From positions 19,282,001 through 19,345,840 of the forward strand of contig NW_025963890.1 of assembly GCF_023055435.1 (NCBI RefSeq): a stretch of DNA of 63,840 nt, written 5' to 3'. Made by a program: the position numbers and the translations under genes. The notes under the pieces were generated by a model. That model did no database searches. It was not told where the DNA came from and worked only from the letters and a program-made list of their open reading frames with translations. Origin of the DNA: Haliotis rufescens. Lineage: Eukaryota. This document shows positions 1-13,180 of the stretch, piece after piece. Numbering within the stretch: the stretch's first letter is position 1; each line of letters opens with the position of its first letter.

Positions 1-657
1 ATTTATATGTAGTATAGGTGTGTAATCTGTGCACACACTATGCACTAAGTAATATCACATTTTACGTTGTAAAAAAACATTTAAGGCACCAATTTTCGAA
101 CTCTTGACAAGTATCTCTCAGATGAGCATGCAAATTTTGATTCAAGCACAAAATGCACAGAACAAAGCCCATAACTCTGTACTAATTTAATTTACGACAC
201 CAAGTCTCGACCTAATTTGAGATCGTTACCAGTAACGCTCTTGACATACTTGGTTTGACCTCGTTAATCTGTTCTTTGCGTTATAATCCCGCATCGAAGG
301 TTAGGATAGTAGCACCATCGTGTCTTGACCTGATATTTATTTCCAGTGCACCACATAGCTGATGAAGTTTAAAATAATTTGGTATACTTTATCTGCTTGT
401 TGTGACAGAGTTCATGTTGTGCTTGTCCAAGCAGCGTTACGTGTAAACATAATCTAAGGAGTTTGTAACGTGAGACAATCTAAATCTGTATTCCTTCACG
501 AAATCACTTTTCATAATTTCTTAAATATATTCCATTCTGAAACAAAACAATCTGACACTTATTAATGTTTTAAAAAAGGCCCCATCTTCCACAAACAATA
601 CTCAAACGTCATATGTATAAAAAGTGAACAAATATTTTGAGCATCTTCAGAAATATA

Positions 658-850
658 TACTGAACCGCAAAAGAAACGTCACCCCAAGTAACATTGCATG
701 AAAAGTTGTCATTTGAATATCTGGGTAATGTTTGTCAAAGTTTGTTAAAATTTAACATTACCTTGTCCGGAAAAATGAAATTTAATGATAAAAAAACAAA
801 GCAGATGACAATAAAACCGATCGCCCAAACGCATCACGGCCAAGATGTTT
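658..850 (+). mobile_element. Isolated left end of a Tc1/mariner-family element
   Basis: TA-preceded TACTGAACCGCAAAAGAAACGTCAC closely matches the TIR of the element at 1742-2916. No matching right end was seen. Confidence 0.55.
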
Positions 851-1679
851 TGTTGCAGATGTGCTTCAACTTAAAGGCAGTACCACTCAGTTTAAGGTCG
901 AAGCAAAGCTTCTATGTTTGATACATTTAACGGATAATTTCTGGCCATTAGAATTAATCCAATTTGATGTTGACATTGCAGATATGTTGGGTCTGGGCAT
1001 CTGGAAAGTGAACGATTCCTTGGTTCATTAGGATTGGATCGGTTTAGCAGGAGAACAAGAGACAATTACAAGAAAGCGTATATCCTAAGGAGTTCAAATT
1101 TACCAGAATGCCCTGTTTACCAGCAAGATTTATTCACGTTTCTTGTCCAAGGAGGTAAGAAATCACCGTCTGTTGTTGCAGCAATCTGTGGCATAAGTAG
1201 GGTACAAGTTGCAGGTTTACCAGATCAATGTCATTTTCATGTCATAAGATATATCAGAGAAGCAGCACTGAGAAAGTATAGTAATCCCACCCAGAAGAAT
1301 ATTTGCGTATTTGGTGAGGAACATTCTTCCCTGTTAGATTTAAATTTCTCTCGAATGCCGATTTTTCAGATATTCTGATGCTATACATATTCAGACGTAT
1401 GTTTTCGTATTTTCATTGAAAAAAGCAAGACGGATGTATACTGAGATGGTAGATATGTTTTGATTTCCACTTCAAGGTCTAAACGTTGTTCAGCTAACAA
1501 TGGGTCGTTTTTGACAGTCGCAAATATTAAGCAGGGAGAAAAGGCTCTGTCATATGGTCGAGCGAGAGAAATATGACTTGAAAAAAATGTATTGGCGAAG
1601 ATGTTCCTGTATTGTAATGCTTGTATTGTTTCTGCCAAGGCTGGTACAGGAGGCAGCGTGATATGGGCCTAGGCTGAGA

Positions 1680-1683
<4 letters not shown>

Positions 1684-1723
<40 letters not shown>
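1684..1723. repeat. (GT)20 microsatellite
   Basis: Read directly from the sequence. Confidence 0.97.
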
Positions 1724-1724
<1 letters not shown>

Positions 1725-1741
1725 CTACCATAATATGTATA

Positions 1742-2916
1742 TATTAAACCGCAAAAGAAACATCACTTCATGAAAATAATTCCGGAAGTTTCCCACTGAA
1801 ATATCAATGTGTTTTTTGGAGGTATCCCGTTGTTTGCCTTTAGTCTCTAGTCCAAATTTAATCTTAACGGTCAAAAGGTGACACATATATGGATAAAATG
1901 GGTGGCCAAAACGCAGTTTAACAAAGACCATGGTACACAATCCCGCATCCTTTCGATGAAATTGAAAACGCACGTGCGACACAAGCGCCATGTCAAGACT
2001 TATGAGGAATCAGAGAAACCAGACTTTGGGAGACTGTATGCTGGTCAGACTACACGAATGGTTGCCAATGCTTTTATGCCAACGTGGGAGCGACGACACC
2101 AGCCCACTAGCAACACCAATATCCTCCCGCTCAGTGGTACACCTAAGGTAACAACGCCGCGACCTGATCGACAGATTGTGCTTCAACATCTGCAGGAACG
2201 TTTAACCAGGGCTACAGAAACTGCACGATAAACAACTGGAACGCACCAGAGACACATCAATGCTGATACAGTACGTTGACGTTTGGCTAGCAGGAATGTC
2301 CGCTGCCAAAGACCGTATCATGTCCCCATTCTCACAACTCGTAACCGACTACAGTGTGCCATGCAGCATCAACGTTGGCGTTATCGGCAGTGGAGAACCG
2401 TTCTTTTCTCGAACGAAAGCCGATACTGTGTTTCCTCGGCAGATGGGTGAGTGAGAGTTTGGCGTAGACTTGGGGAACGCTATTCAGATGGCTGTGTGAT
2501 GGAAGGAGACTGACAGGGTAGTCCAGGCTTCGCGGAATGATGCATTGCCCTCAATCAGAAAGTTGCTTCTGTGGTGTTCCAGCATATTGGTCCAGAAAGA
2601 GGCAATGGTGTCACAGCTGCCCGCTACATCGATGTTCGCTAGATCGATCATACCTCACGTCGTACAACATTTTGGACGTCATTGTAACCATGTTTTCCAG
2701 CACCACAACACCCGTGCCCACACAGCAAGGGACTTCCTGCAATAAAATGGCAACAATCATGCAGTGGCTTGACTCAGCCCAGATTTATACCCCATAGAAA
2801 ACTTGTGGGACGATGTTCAGAGAAGACTGAATGAGGTGCGACTAAGGCAGACAACTGCGGATGAACTCAGTAAGGTGTGACTTGCATCGGAGTGGCGTTT
2901 CTTTTGCAGTTCAATA
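1742..2916 (+). mobile_element. Decayed Tc1/mariner DNA transposon with TIRs and a frameshifted transposase pseudogene (about 1990-2880)
   Basis: Left TIR TATTAAACCGCAAAAGAAACATCAC; right TIR (reverse complement) TATTGAACTGCAAAAGAAACGCCAC; both flanked by TA. Transposase remnants across several frames: MSRL..NQRNQ, RLYAGQTTRMVANAF, SGTPKVTTPRPDRQI (GRPR-like), FQH(D)N.R.HTA and SPDLYPIENLWD (Tc1 SPDLNPIENLW motif). Confidence 0.9.
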
Positions 2917-3580
2917 TATAAACATTTCAGTCAAACTGGCACCAATTATGTCACAATCTAAGGGAGGTGACTATAGTATGGAAAACAAAGGGCGCAAAAC
3001 GGCATAATATTTTCATACGTGTTCACAGTTTCCTGCTTGCGATGGGAGAAAATTGGGCTTATATTTTCAAAACGACTTACACTTTCTTGAAAAACTGAAT
3101 GACTTGAATTAAAATATATTTAATATTTTCGAAATAAGTAATGGATTGTGTCTCCCAGAGGCTGATCAGTTAACCATCCATTTAAGTATATTGTAAGTTG
3201 GCCTCCAGTCATACATGTACCATTTTTAATCGATCACACCTAGTTTATCTTCCTGACTGGAGGCTTTGAAGTTGTTGACAACGGCCAACGTTTTGGGATT
3301 TATTACTTGCCTCTTTAAAGGGACGGTACATTGGAGGAATGACGAACTAGATCGTTAACTTTTTATTGAAATAAGGTCCAATCATTAAATATTTTGCAGG
3401 GGAGCATTGTTTGAGACAGATTATTCAGAAGTCAGAGAGACAGAAGTCAGCGCTTTAAGAAATACAAATGAATCTTTCGAGCATTCTTGGAACAGATTAC
3501 ACTTTTCTTCTAAATCCCCAGAATATCAAAGGGTCGGTCTTTTATATCATTATTTTCGGCTGGGGGTATTAGATTTGATT

Positions 3581-3745
3581 GGTGATGGTGGGGTAGCCTC
3601 ATGGTTAAAGCGTTCGCTCGTCGCGCCGAAGACCCGGGTTCGAGTCCCGACATGGGTACAATGTGTGAAGCCCATTTCTGGTGTCCCCGGCCGTGATATT
3701 GCTGGAATATTGCTAAAAGCGGCGTAAAACCATACTCACTCACTC
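3581..3745 (+). mobile_element. tRNA-derived SINE, family A
   Basis: A box TAGCCTCATGG, B box GGTTCGAGTCC, body TGGGTACAATGTGTGAAGCCCATTTCTGG, tail GCTAAAAGCGGCGTAAAACCATA(CTCA)n. About 9 copies in the window. Confidence 0.9.
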
Positions 3746-4099
3746 TACTTGATTGAAGCAATGAACAAATTGCCTTTGGGTAAACTAGAGATTTTTTTTT
3801 GATTTTCTTTCAAACACAAATGACTTATTTAAAAACATAAATGAATAAGAGTTACAAATTGGCAGCTATACTTTCTGAGTGTTTAAACTGTTCGACGTTA
3901 AAATATAACTCAGTAACGCCAGCGGCTAGAAACATGTTTTGTGTTATTTTCCGCTTTTACTTTGAATGTATGTTTTCCTGGCCTTTAGGATCATTGTAAA
4001 AGTCTAAAGCCTGCATCGGTATCATTCCATTTTAGATTTTTATTTAAAAGATTAACTCAATAGGAATTATGGACACTATGTTTTTATTGAATATAAAGG

Positions 4100-4640
4100 T
4101 AACTGTAACTGATGTTGAAATTATGTCGTGACATATGTTTACAGAAATTGGAAGAAAATGATCGAACGTGAGACTGCGACGCGTGGATCCGACAGAAATA
4201 TGCTACTCACATACAGGATTGATAAGGAGCATATATGAACAGGATCCAATGTATCAACACCAATGCCCAAACCACATCGTTGGCGCTGTCAGTGATCAGA
4301 TGTGGTAAAGCACCACTGCCTAGAAACGGGAAGATACGAAGATCTGAAACCAGGGGAAAGATATTGTTTACATTGTCCACAGAAAATTGTATCAGAAGGG
4401 CATGTCCTTTTAGAATGTCCCTTTTATGATGATGTTACATATGATTTTTTAATGAAGTTATTTTAACTCTTCAAGGATTTTTATAAAAAATAAATGAAGT
4501 AAACTAATCACTACTTTTAAGAAACACTTTGATCTAAGAATATTCTGCAAAATTCTGCAATAATAGTTTACTTACTTCAACGGCTAACATTGATTCTTTA
4601 TATCATGTTTACATACTTGTTAGGATTATTTGTGATTTTT
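4100..4640 (+). mobile_element. Decayed LINE ORF2 C-terminal fragment (L2/CR1/RTE-X type)
   Basis: Frameshifted translation gives IRCGKAPL.LETGRYEDLKPGERYCLHCPQKIVSEGHVLLECPFYDDV, the typical non-LTR C-terminal ETGRY...C..C....E.H.LL.C motif. Boundaries approximate. Confidence 0.7.
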
Positions 4641-5972
4641 AGGTCTCTTATAATGGTAAGTGTACATTTTATAGTATGTTCTATCTATTGTAAACCTAGT
4701 GAGACTATTATAAATCATTTGTCTGTCCCATTTGTTACAAACTTTAAAACAACATGGGGCATGTTTGAACCTCCAACCATCTGCCGCTTTCTGGCAGATT
4801 ATAATGAATGAGGTTTACATGCTGACAGAAACAACAGGAAACAATGTTGTGGAAATGTGTATTTATCTACTTACAGAAAGCGTTAGCTTGCAAACACGTC
4901 AACCTTTAATACTTAGCACTAATTACCTAATGTTTCAAACGTACATAGAAATTATACTTTTTTATGCACAGATATTTGTAGGCACACAGAATCAACATGA
5001 AGTTAACACTTCCCTCTAATATATGTAATTAAATCTTTAAACGGCAACAGTCAATTATCACTTATTTGAGTAGCATTAACTTCATTTTCCAATGTACAAA
5101 GAACACTAGCTCAAATACCAGTTCAAACTACAAAGCTGTCTGAATTTTTTTATCAAAGTCTTGAGAAGACCAGACTGTTCATTAAGCAAGTAGATGTTGT
5201 GTTAACTAATCGCTTCTCCACGGGGAAACAAAAGGGAAGTGGAATGAATGGGATACAACTCCTGCATTACTTCGTGCATTCCTCCAGCATGAATTTGTAC
5301 GCCGAGATATCCTTTTTTCTTCTTAATTAAAGCAAATGTACTCACTCACTACCCGTCTCAGTAGGGAGGTTTGCATTTGAGATTCTGAACATAAGTATGC
5401 CAAGTAGGAGAAAATATAGAATATGTGCAAACAGTGGCTTAATATTATAATAATTCTAATAACAACATTGTTAGCTGGACCCAACTGTGTCCGCTCTACC
5501 ATCGTATTAGACTATATCATAATACAGAGCTACACTTCATACTCGTGTATACTGGAAGCACAGAAGATACATGAAGTAAAACAATGAAAATAATGTTGAG
5601 ATTGACGACATGAAAATGATATATTAATGGTGGGTATAGAGTCAGAACATATATGTCATAAGCTGAGGTTTAAATGTGTTAATGGAAGAAGCAGACTGGA
5701 GATCAACAGGCATCAGCTGCTACAGTAGCATATTATCTATCTGAAATGTGTTGTTTTGATTTCGTTCGGAAATTTATCTCAGGAAACCAGATCAAGTATT
5801 CCTTCACCAGATCACACAGATATGCTGGAGCTGTTCCATTTACATACAGATACGTAAAGGCAGGGAACTTGATTGATGGGCAGTTGTTTCTCTTCTGAAT
5901 GGTACGCCAATGAAGAGATCTCAGAAGTACATGAAGCCTTACATGGCAACCCTCTGGTTCTTAACCGGGCGG

Positions 5973-6328
5973 ACCGCCTCCGTGGTCTTGTGGTAGAGCG
6001 TCCGCCCGGAGAGCGGAAGGTCCAGGGTTCGATCCCGGGCCGCGTCATACAAAAAGACGTTAAAAGATTGTACTTGTTGTTACCCTGTCTGGCGCTCGGC
6101 ATTAAGGGGCTAAAACAAGGACTGGTCGGCTCGGAGTCAGTATACTGTGTCTGAGTGGGGTATTCATGTTAAACTGCGGCATGGTATCTCAGTGAGCTAG
6201 CACTATAAATCGGCATCAGTCCGGACTAGTACAAGCAGCCACACACACAAATACACGTGCACGCACGTCGCTATATAAGTGCAATAATCTTGGACGCGAC
6301 GTTAAACCCAATTTCACCTCACCTCACC
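5973..6328 (+). mobile_element. tRNA-derived SINE, family B (probable MetaSINE type with a Deu/Nin-like second domain)
   Basis: A/B boxes, then CATACAAAAAGACGTTAAAAGATTGTACTTGTTGTTACCCTGTCTGGCGCTCGGCATTAAGG (Meta-like by recollection), (CACCT)n tail. 14-bp TSD TCTTAACCGGGCGG at 5959 and 6329. Near-identical copy at 23488. Confidence 0.92.
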
Positions 6329-7128
6329 TCTTAACCGGGCGGCTGTTATCTTGACCTTTTGCGGTCGCTTCACTTGCTCTATTGAAACTCCATCTAGATG
6401 GCTGATACATCAAATTTAGCTTCAATACCTCAATAACATTGACGCCATGACTGGTTTCCTTTCCACGCCACGCTGCTTGGGATTCACGTATGTGTACGTT
6501 ATGTGGCTCAGTAAACATTTTGTCACATACTGTTCAGGAATTACTTGATAAGTCAGTTGATACAGCATGAACCAGTATTGGTAGAAGCATTGATTATATT
6601 GTTGAAGCTATGTGTTGTTGCTACTGATATGAAAAGAAATACATGCATTTTCAAGAATAATGATAATAACTGATTTCATAGTGAATTTGTGGAATTGAAA
6701 TCAGAAATATTTCGAACTGCAAATATATTTAGAAAATATAACGAAATATATTTTCAAGATCAATAAATGATATTAGACATAAACATTACTCCACTTACAA
6801 GCGAAATAAAATTGAAGATTTTGAAGAAAGACAACAGTTTTTGGAAAACAATATTAATGGTCCCCCACTTTCCCAACATTTGTCATAACAACATGTTCAG
6901 CCAGGCGTAGAACAATAGGAGGATTAACTGGGGTATTCCACTTTTAGCGGTGGCTGACAGTAGGATCAGTTCACCCTTCACTTAGAGTTCACTCTCTCAC
7001 TGTCTCATATCAATCTCTACCATAACTATTAACTCTGTTCACCAACCATATCAATAATAAGTATTAACTGTGTTCATCACTTAGGCTCTGTCTGATATAA
7101 AAAAAAAGCCACAGTGCAAGTCACAAGT

Positions 7129-7721
7129 TAAACCAAACCAAAAATTCTCCATCCATCCAAAAAAATCGACAGAGTAATCACTAAACTCCAAACAGGACAC
7201 ACCAACCTAAATAACCACCTAAAAAAAATTAAAAAACACACTACAGGTAACTGCCCACACTGCAAACAACCAGAAACCCCAGAACACGCACACACTACCT
7301 AACACATCGAACCGCATTACAAACCACCCTCAATCTAAACAAGGCTCTAACTCTAGAAGCAATACTAAACCCACAAAATAAACTAGAAAACTTCAAGGCC
7401 TTAGGCGTATTCTTAATCAAAACGGAACTAATAAAACGCATCTAAAAACACAATAACTCACCAAATCAAAATCACATAAACAAACAAACATCCACCATAC
7501 CCAGCTCCCTTAGTTCTCCTCCCCAATCCCATCGGCATCTATTCCAAATCTCAAAATTCCCAAATTCTATATAAGCAACCCCTAAAACCCCCCTCTTGGG
7601 TTGCACAGACCACCTTCGCCCCTTTCGGAAACACATTAAATGGCCTGGCCGGGCCCGTGTGCGAAATACGCATCAGTCGGAAAGCGCACGTTAAATCTCC
7701 AAAGTAAGTAAGTAAGTAAGT
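7129..7721 (+). mobile_element. 5'-truncated I/Nimb-type LINE 3' end
   Basis: Encodes ITKLQTGHTNLNNHLKKIKKHTTGNCPHCKQPETPEH (I-clade C-terminal zinc-knuckle region). Ends in (AAGT)n. 11-bp TSD AAGTCACAAGT at 7118 and 7722. Confidence 0.85.
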
Positions 7722-9399
7722 AAGTCACAAGTCAATGTCGATTACGTTAAGAAGGACTTTGTACATGGTGGTGAATATTTAGTTTATAAGGGGTATACAT
7801 CTAAGGAAGAGAATTTATGGATGTCAGCTTCACGTTGTACATCTGTGGCAGGCTCAATTATGTACATAACTTTTAATTAAGATTTATTAGTAAGTAGTAA
7901 GGTTATATGGCCTTGTTACCATTTTAACTGATTAGTTTATTACGATATTTACATGATAAGAATATATTATTAGTTATAATATTAGTTATGTTTTATACCT
8001 GAGTATTTTATACCTTAAACATTCATTCCATAGCTCTGTAACATTAAGTAAGCTTACTCTCAGTCTAACTTCCACTATTTGTCACACCGCATGCTTTTGA
8101 CTTACAGCACTCTTTGCCCCAGCGCGCCCCGGCCCAGTCTATTGTCTTGTTGATAGGCCAAGCTGGCCATAATTACAACAATGTTGTTGATGAATTTTAG
8201 AAAATCAGTGGCTATTGTCACCTCAAGGAAAGACTCAGCGAGATTTATTACCGCATTCATTTCTATGTGAGGATTTGGATTTGTAGAGGGATTTATTCAT
8301 ATTTAAGGTTAGTTGATTATTTATTTTATGATGTTGTATATATGGATGTTTTTCTAATTATTGCGATTAGAAATAATATAAATTGTAGAATGCATTCTTA
8401 AATTGATTTATTAGAAACATAATGCATCTTGTATATATTTATAGTTCTTGATGAATTCACAGTTCAGTGAGTAATTATTATCTGTATAAAATAGTATTGA
8501 ACACGAAACCTAAATATATACATAAACTAAGTATTATAAACCCCTCTGTACAGTAATGGAAAGTAAATGTATGTCTGTATGCTTGATGTATGTTGGTAAG
8601 TGCAGGTGTATGAGTGTTGTATGTCTGAAATGAGTTGCTGTTGTACTATATATTTTTATACACTATTTTACCATAGGATATCACTTGTATATAGTATTCT
8701 GCACTTGTATTTCTTTATTATGCAGATTTCTCAGTGGCAACGGTCACCGTACACTCATTGTTACGGTATTACCAGTTCAGGTTTAACCTATCTGGTATGT
8801 TATCTTCATTATCACGTTATTATCATATTAATATATTTTGTATCTGTGTATTGATGTATTGTACGGAGACGGCTGATGTATTGTGTAATGTAAAGTAAAT
8901 GCTATTCATGTTAATGGAAGTGATATCTATATTTTAGAAATTTAAAGATTAACTATAACGGATTGTATATATTTATTTCTATGTTATATTTGCTTATGTT
9001 GTACTTTTATTGTTTCAGACTGAATTAAGTACGTACATTCGTACCGATAATAAAATAAACGTCATCAGCCTCACCCCCCACAGCTGTTTGTGATTATGTG
9101 GCCAGTAGATCGCCTACTCCACTATCGGCCAACACAACCACGGTTACACATGCCATCCTTTGCACTATACATATATTTAAGGTCAATAATACCTATGTAG
9201 ATTTAGAATAATACCAAGAATGTATATCTTTTGCCAACACCTGACGCCTGTACCACAAATGTTTTTTGCCTGCCAAAGATGTTTATCTGTCCAAGTAACC
9301 ACTTGCCATGTAAAATTTCTGCTGACCTGTCCCTCTTTGGGACTCATGTGTGTGAGTAGGGTACACATATCTGTTGCGACTTTTAGTATTCATAGAATT

Positions 9400-12300
9400 T
9401 CTGTTTTTGTATTGATATGATTTCTATTTTCGTATATTGATATGATTTCTGTTCTGTATATATGCGTTCGAGTAGCTGTCCAACTCTCAGAAATAGTGTT
9501 AGTTCCGCTACCGCATCTCTTGGCTCCAGGAGATCTACGACAGATAGCGGATCTAACAGTTATTCTTGTTTTAACCGAGCCCGGGCTGGGGCATGGTCTT
9601 GACATTCCAGTAAAAAGTGAGCAATGGATTCAAGTTGATTGCAAGATGGACATACCTTGTCATAGTGTTTTTTTGCGACCGAGTCTGAGGTAATTTCAAC
9701 TTTCATTTCATTTGTGGATGAGTTTTGCTTTTGGTGGATCTTGGGTTGAATTTTGTAAAGCCATCTGCCGATCTTAATTGCGTACCACTGGGCTATGGAG
9801 GCTTTGATTTTGATTTTGATCTCTAGTAGTTTACTAAAGGGAATAGACTGTATCCCCGCTTTGTCTAGAGCAAGCTTCGCCAGTGTGTCTGCTTTTTTAA
9901 TTTCCATAAATATCTATGTGAGACGGGATCCAACACAACTTCACATGTTGCCCTTGGTGCGATAGTTTTGTATATTCGTATATAAAATATTATTGACTGT
10001 TTGGCCTTGAGTTTGGCTCCTTTGGCTGCCTTTGCTTCCGGTAGTTCCGGTATGAGTTGGAGTGCATGATAAATTGCCTCCAATTCAGCGGTGAATACTG
10101 ACTGGCCATCAGGCAGGCGAACCGAATGTGCTTTGGGTCTGGAGCTATGGATGCGGATCCCGTAACCAGCAGTGTTGTTAATGGGATTCTTAGATCCATC
10201 AGTGTATATAGGGGCCGAGGTCTCCAGGTAGTTTGGTCTTTACAGATAGTTACTGATCGCAGTAGGATTAGGTTTTCTTTTTTAGTGACTTCTGATGTTA
10301 AAGCAGTGTCATCTTTTGGATTTTTTAAAGTCAAGGGAGGGTTTGTAGTGACTTTATGTAGTGAATGTCATCACAATTGTGACTTCGGCTGAGTTCACGT
10401 TCTAATATCCGAGCTGGATTTAGCGAGGGCTTCATCTCGGGTGTTTTTGTCTTGCCACGATGATATTGTCTGCTGTCTTCTTGGTTTCAATGGGAGTTCT
10501 CTTGTTTCTACTTGCAGTGCTTCTAGTGAAATACCTGTTGCTGTACCTAGCATTCGGGCTTTGTTTTTCATTCTGTCGAGGCGGCTGAAGACAGTATTTG
10601 ATGCTGAATGAAAGGCCTCACAACCATAGTCTATTTTTTATCTGATAAATGATTTGTAAAGATCCAGCTGATTGTCCCTCGAAGTGCCCCAAGATGTGCC
10701 TAAAATTGCCCGCAATACGCTCAGGTCTTTTTGACATCTGTTATCCACATATTCTATAAATGTTTGCTCCAAGTAAGGTGTTGATCTCTGGGATCACTGC
10801 CAGAAATATTGTGGATTTTTCGAATCGTTCCCCCTGCGTTTGAATAGAACTCCCACAGTTTTGGTACTTGAAATGTTTCACCCCCATTTATTGCGCCATT
10901 TATCTACCCCGTCCACGGATGACTGGAGATTTTTTTCAGATTTGTGAAATATCTCTGCTTTACCCATATTGCTCCGTCATCAGCGAACTCAGAAGTTTGG
11001 TGAAGAGTTGACATGATCAAATAAATCATTGATCCCGTTAGTGGCAGGTTACATTTAACCCAAATAAGACCGAAACCATCCAATTCTCACGTAAAGCTAA
11101 ACCGTCTCTAAAGCCGAACCTACTTATGGATGGAACAATCATAAAAGAAGTCAAAAGTCATAAACATTTAGGAGTGACACTCCAAAGCGACTGTACATGG
11201 ACTGATCACTTTAATGATATTGTACAAAAAGTTCGCCCTATGATCAGTTGTCTGAGGAGTTTTAAATACCGATTATCACGTAAAACCTTGGATACTATGT
11301 ATAAGTCCTATATCTTGCCAACATTTGACAAATGTTTGCATATTTGGGATAGCTGTACGTCTGAGCAATCGCGTATATTAGAAAGCTTACATCTTGATGC
11401 CCTGAGAACTATATGTAGTGCCGTTCGTGGCACAAGTCATAAGAAACTTTATAATGAAACTAAATCTCAATCCTTACAAGATAGAAGATACTGACAAAAA
11501 TTAACTTTTTTCTTTAAAATGTATAAAAACCAATTCCCAAACTATCTTTGTGATTTGATCCCAAACTTTGTCTCCGAAACTACAAACTATAATATAAGAA
11601 AAAGTTCTGAAATACAAGGAATTTATAGCCGTACTTCCTCTTACACCAAATCCTTTTTACCAGACACAATACACTTATGGACTGCTCTACCAAAGTCCAA
11701 AGAGTCAAGTAGTCTGTCAGAATTTAAAAACCTAATTACGAAAACCGAAAATAAGACTTATTTTGACCTTAGCTATGGCACTCGATTCTGTCAAATCGTT
11801 CACTGCCGCCTCATACTCGGTTATAGCGACCTAAACGCCGATAAGAATCATAACAGACATTTAATTGACAGTCCGTGTTGCACCTGTAGATATCAGAGTG
11901 AAAACGCCCTACATTATTTTTTTACTTGCTGTAACTTTACTCAGATTAGACTTAATATGCACTTTTACACTACCGGTTATAACTTGGATACTATTATGAA
12001 CGGAAACAATGAACTTGCTCACTCTGAAAAACAGAAATTAGTTGAATCCGTCCACGATTTTATCATCAAGACAAAACGTTTCAGCTCTTCACAAATTAAT
12101 AATTAAATTAACCGGACAATAACCTCATGATTGACTATTACTTTTGTTACAAACGACTTGTTAGACACACACAAGCTGTAACTTTCTATTTCTGTTCACT
12201 TTGTATTTGTATTTGATGTAATATGTACAAACATATTATTTAAATAATGTCTATATCGATGACGTCACATCCTTCATTTCAATATGTAATATATGTTGTA

Positions 12301-12620
12301 TGTGAGCGGTGTTAACATAAGCTGTAAAGCTTGTTCACCAATCCCAACTCATTTCAATGAATAAAAATATGTTTAAACCAAATCATTGATCATGATGTTA
12401 AACAGTATTGGGCTTATAATGCTGCCTTGTGGCGTGCCATTGTCCAGTGACATAGAATCAGACTGATTGTTCCCTATTTTAACTGATAGCGACCTGTCTT
12501 GCAGGAAGCTTTCCATGAAGATTGCCATGTTTTCCTGAAGTCCAGGAAATACTGCGGCTAGGTATTGTCTGTTTAATTGAGCTGTTTTTATTTCATTTTC
12601 TAGTCTTAGTATATGAACTA
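9400..12620 (-). mobile_element. Decayed I-clade LINE ORF2 (RT, RNase H, zinc knuckle), split by a CR1-type insertion
   Basis: Minus-strand frames give LDNGTPQGSIISPILFNIMIND (about 12385-12450), continuing after the insert as NDLFD..EFADDGAIW (RT), IYTDGSK and WIPSHIDIYGN..ADTLAK (RNase H), and C..C...ESIAHFLLEC. Many frameshifts; outer limits approximate. Confidence 0.85.
11035..12379 (+). mobile_element. 5'-truncated CR1/L2-type LINE nested in the I-clade LINE
   Basis: Starts WQVTFNPNKTE, continues KHLGVTL..D..W..H and ends with CCTCRYQSENALHYFFTC (ORFs 11126-11494 and 11519-12106, with a stop and frameshift). 3' UTR ends AATAAAAATATGTTTAAACC. 12-bp TSD AAATCATTGATC at 11023 and 12380. 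Confidence 0.92.
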
Positions 12621-12684
12621 GACAGGAATTGTGAACTTGGCACAGAATATATATATAGTTGGTAGATAATAAACAGTATCAACA

Positions 12685-12848
12685 GAGGAAGTCGTGTAGC
12701 CTAGTTAATAAAGCGTCCGTTCGTCACTCCGAAGACCCGGTTTCGATTCCCGACATGGGTACAATGTGTGAAGCCTTTTTCTGGTGTCCCCCGCCGTAAA
12801 ATTGCTGGAAGATTGCTAAAAGCGGCGTAAAATCATACTCACTCTCTC
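12685..12848 (+). mobile_element. SINE family A copy
   Basis: Same head, body and tail as the 3581 copy. Imperfect TSD CAGTA(T/A)CAAC. Confidence 0.85.
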
Positions 12849-13089
12849 AGTAACAACCACTGCATACATTGCAAATAAGAAGGTTAACACTGAAACAACA
12901 TGACGGACAGAGAATACATGATGAGGAAGCCGATAAGAATGGAGAATAATTAAACAGGATTAAGTATACATAGGTAGGGTGATTAATTTACCTCCTACTC
13001 ATGTTAATCTCTCTCATGTATGCAATTGTTGTTAGTGTTAATCCTCCGCCTAATATATATATACATATTCTGTACCATATTCATTAATC

Positions 13090-13180
13090 AGGCTTGCTTG
13101 ACAACGATATAAGCATCTATACCGAAACGTCGCCTTTACAGTAAATAAGGAAATGGTTATCAATAGTCTGCGTCTTCTTT
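13090..13180 (+). ncRNA. Penelope-like pLTR fragment with a minimal hammerhead-ribozyme motif (U3-A8 core variant)
   Basis: TTGACAA-C-GATATA-AGCATC-TATACC-GAAACGTC-GCCT, followed by an AATAA-like stretch. Same layout as the copies at 28.4 kb and 63.7 kb. Confidence 0.5.

Noticed and set aside
870-1640. ORFs 1034-1378 (+) and 1381-1638 (-) between the two Tc1 ends
   Set aside because: Somewhat coding-like but broken by stops, with no motif I recognise. A translated search would be needed.
6915-13051. GGAGGATTAAC motif in inverted orientation at ~6919 and ~13037 as the ends of a large element
   Set aside because: The match is too short (~11 bp), with no TSD and no internal coding evidence.
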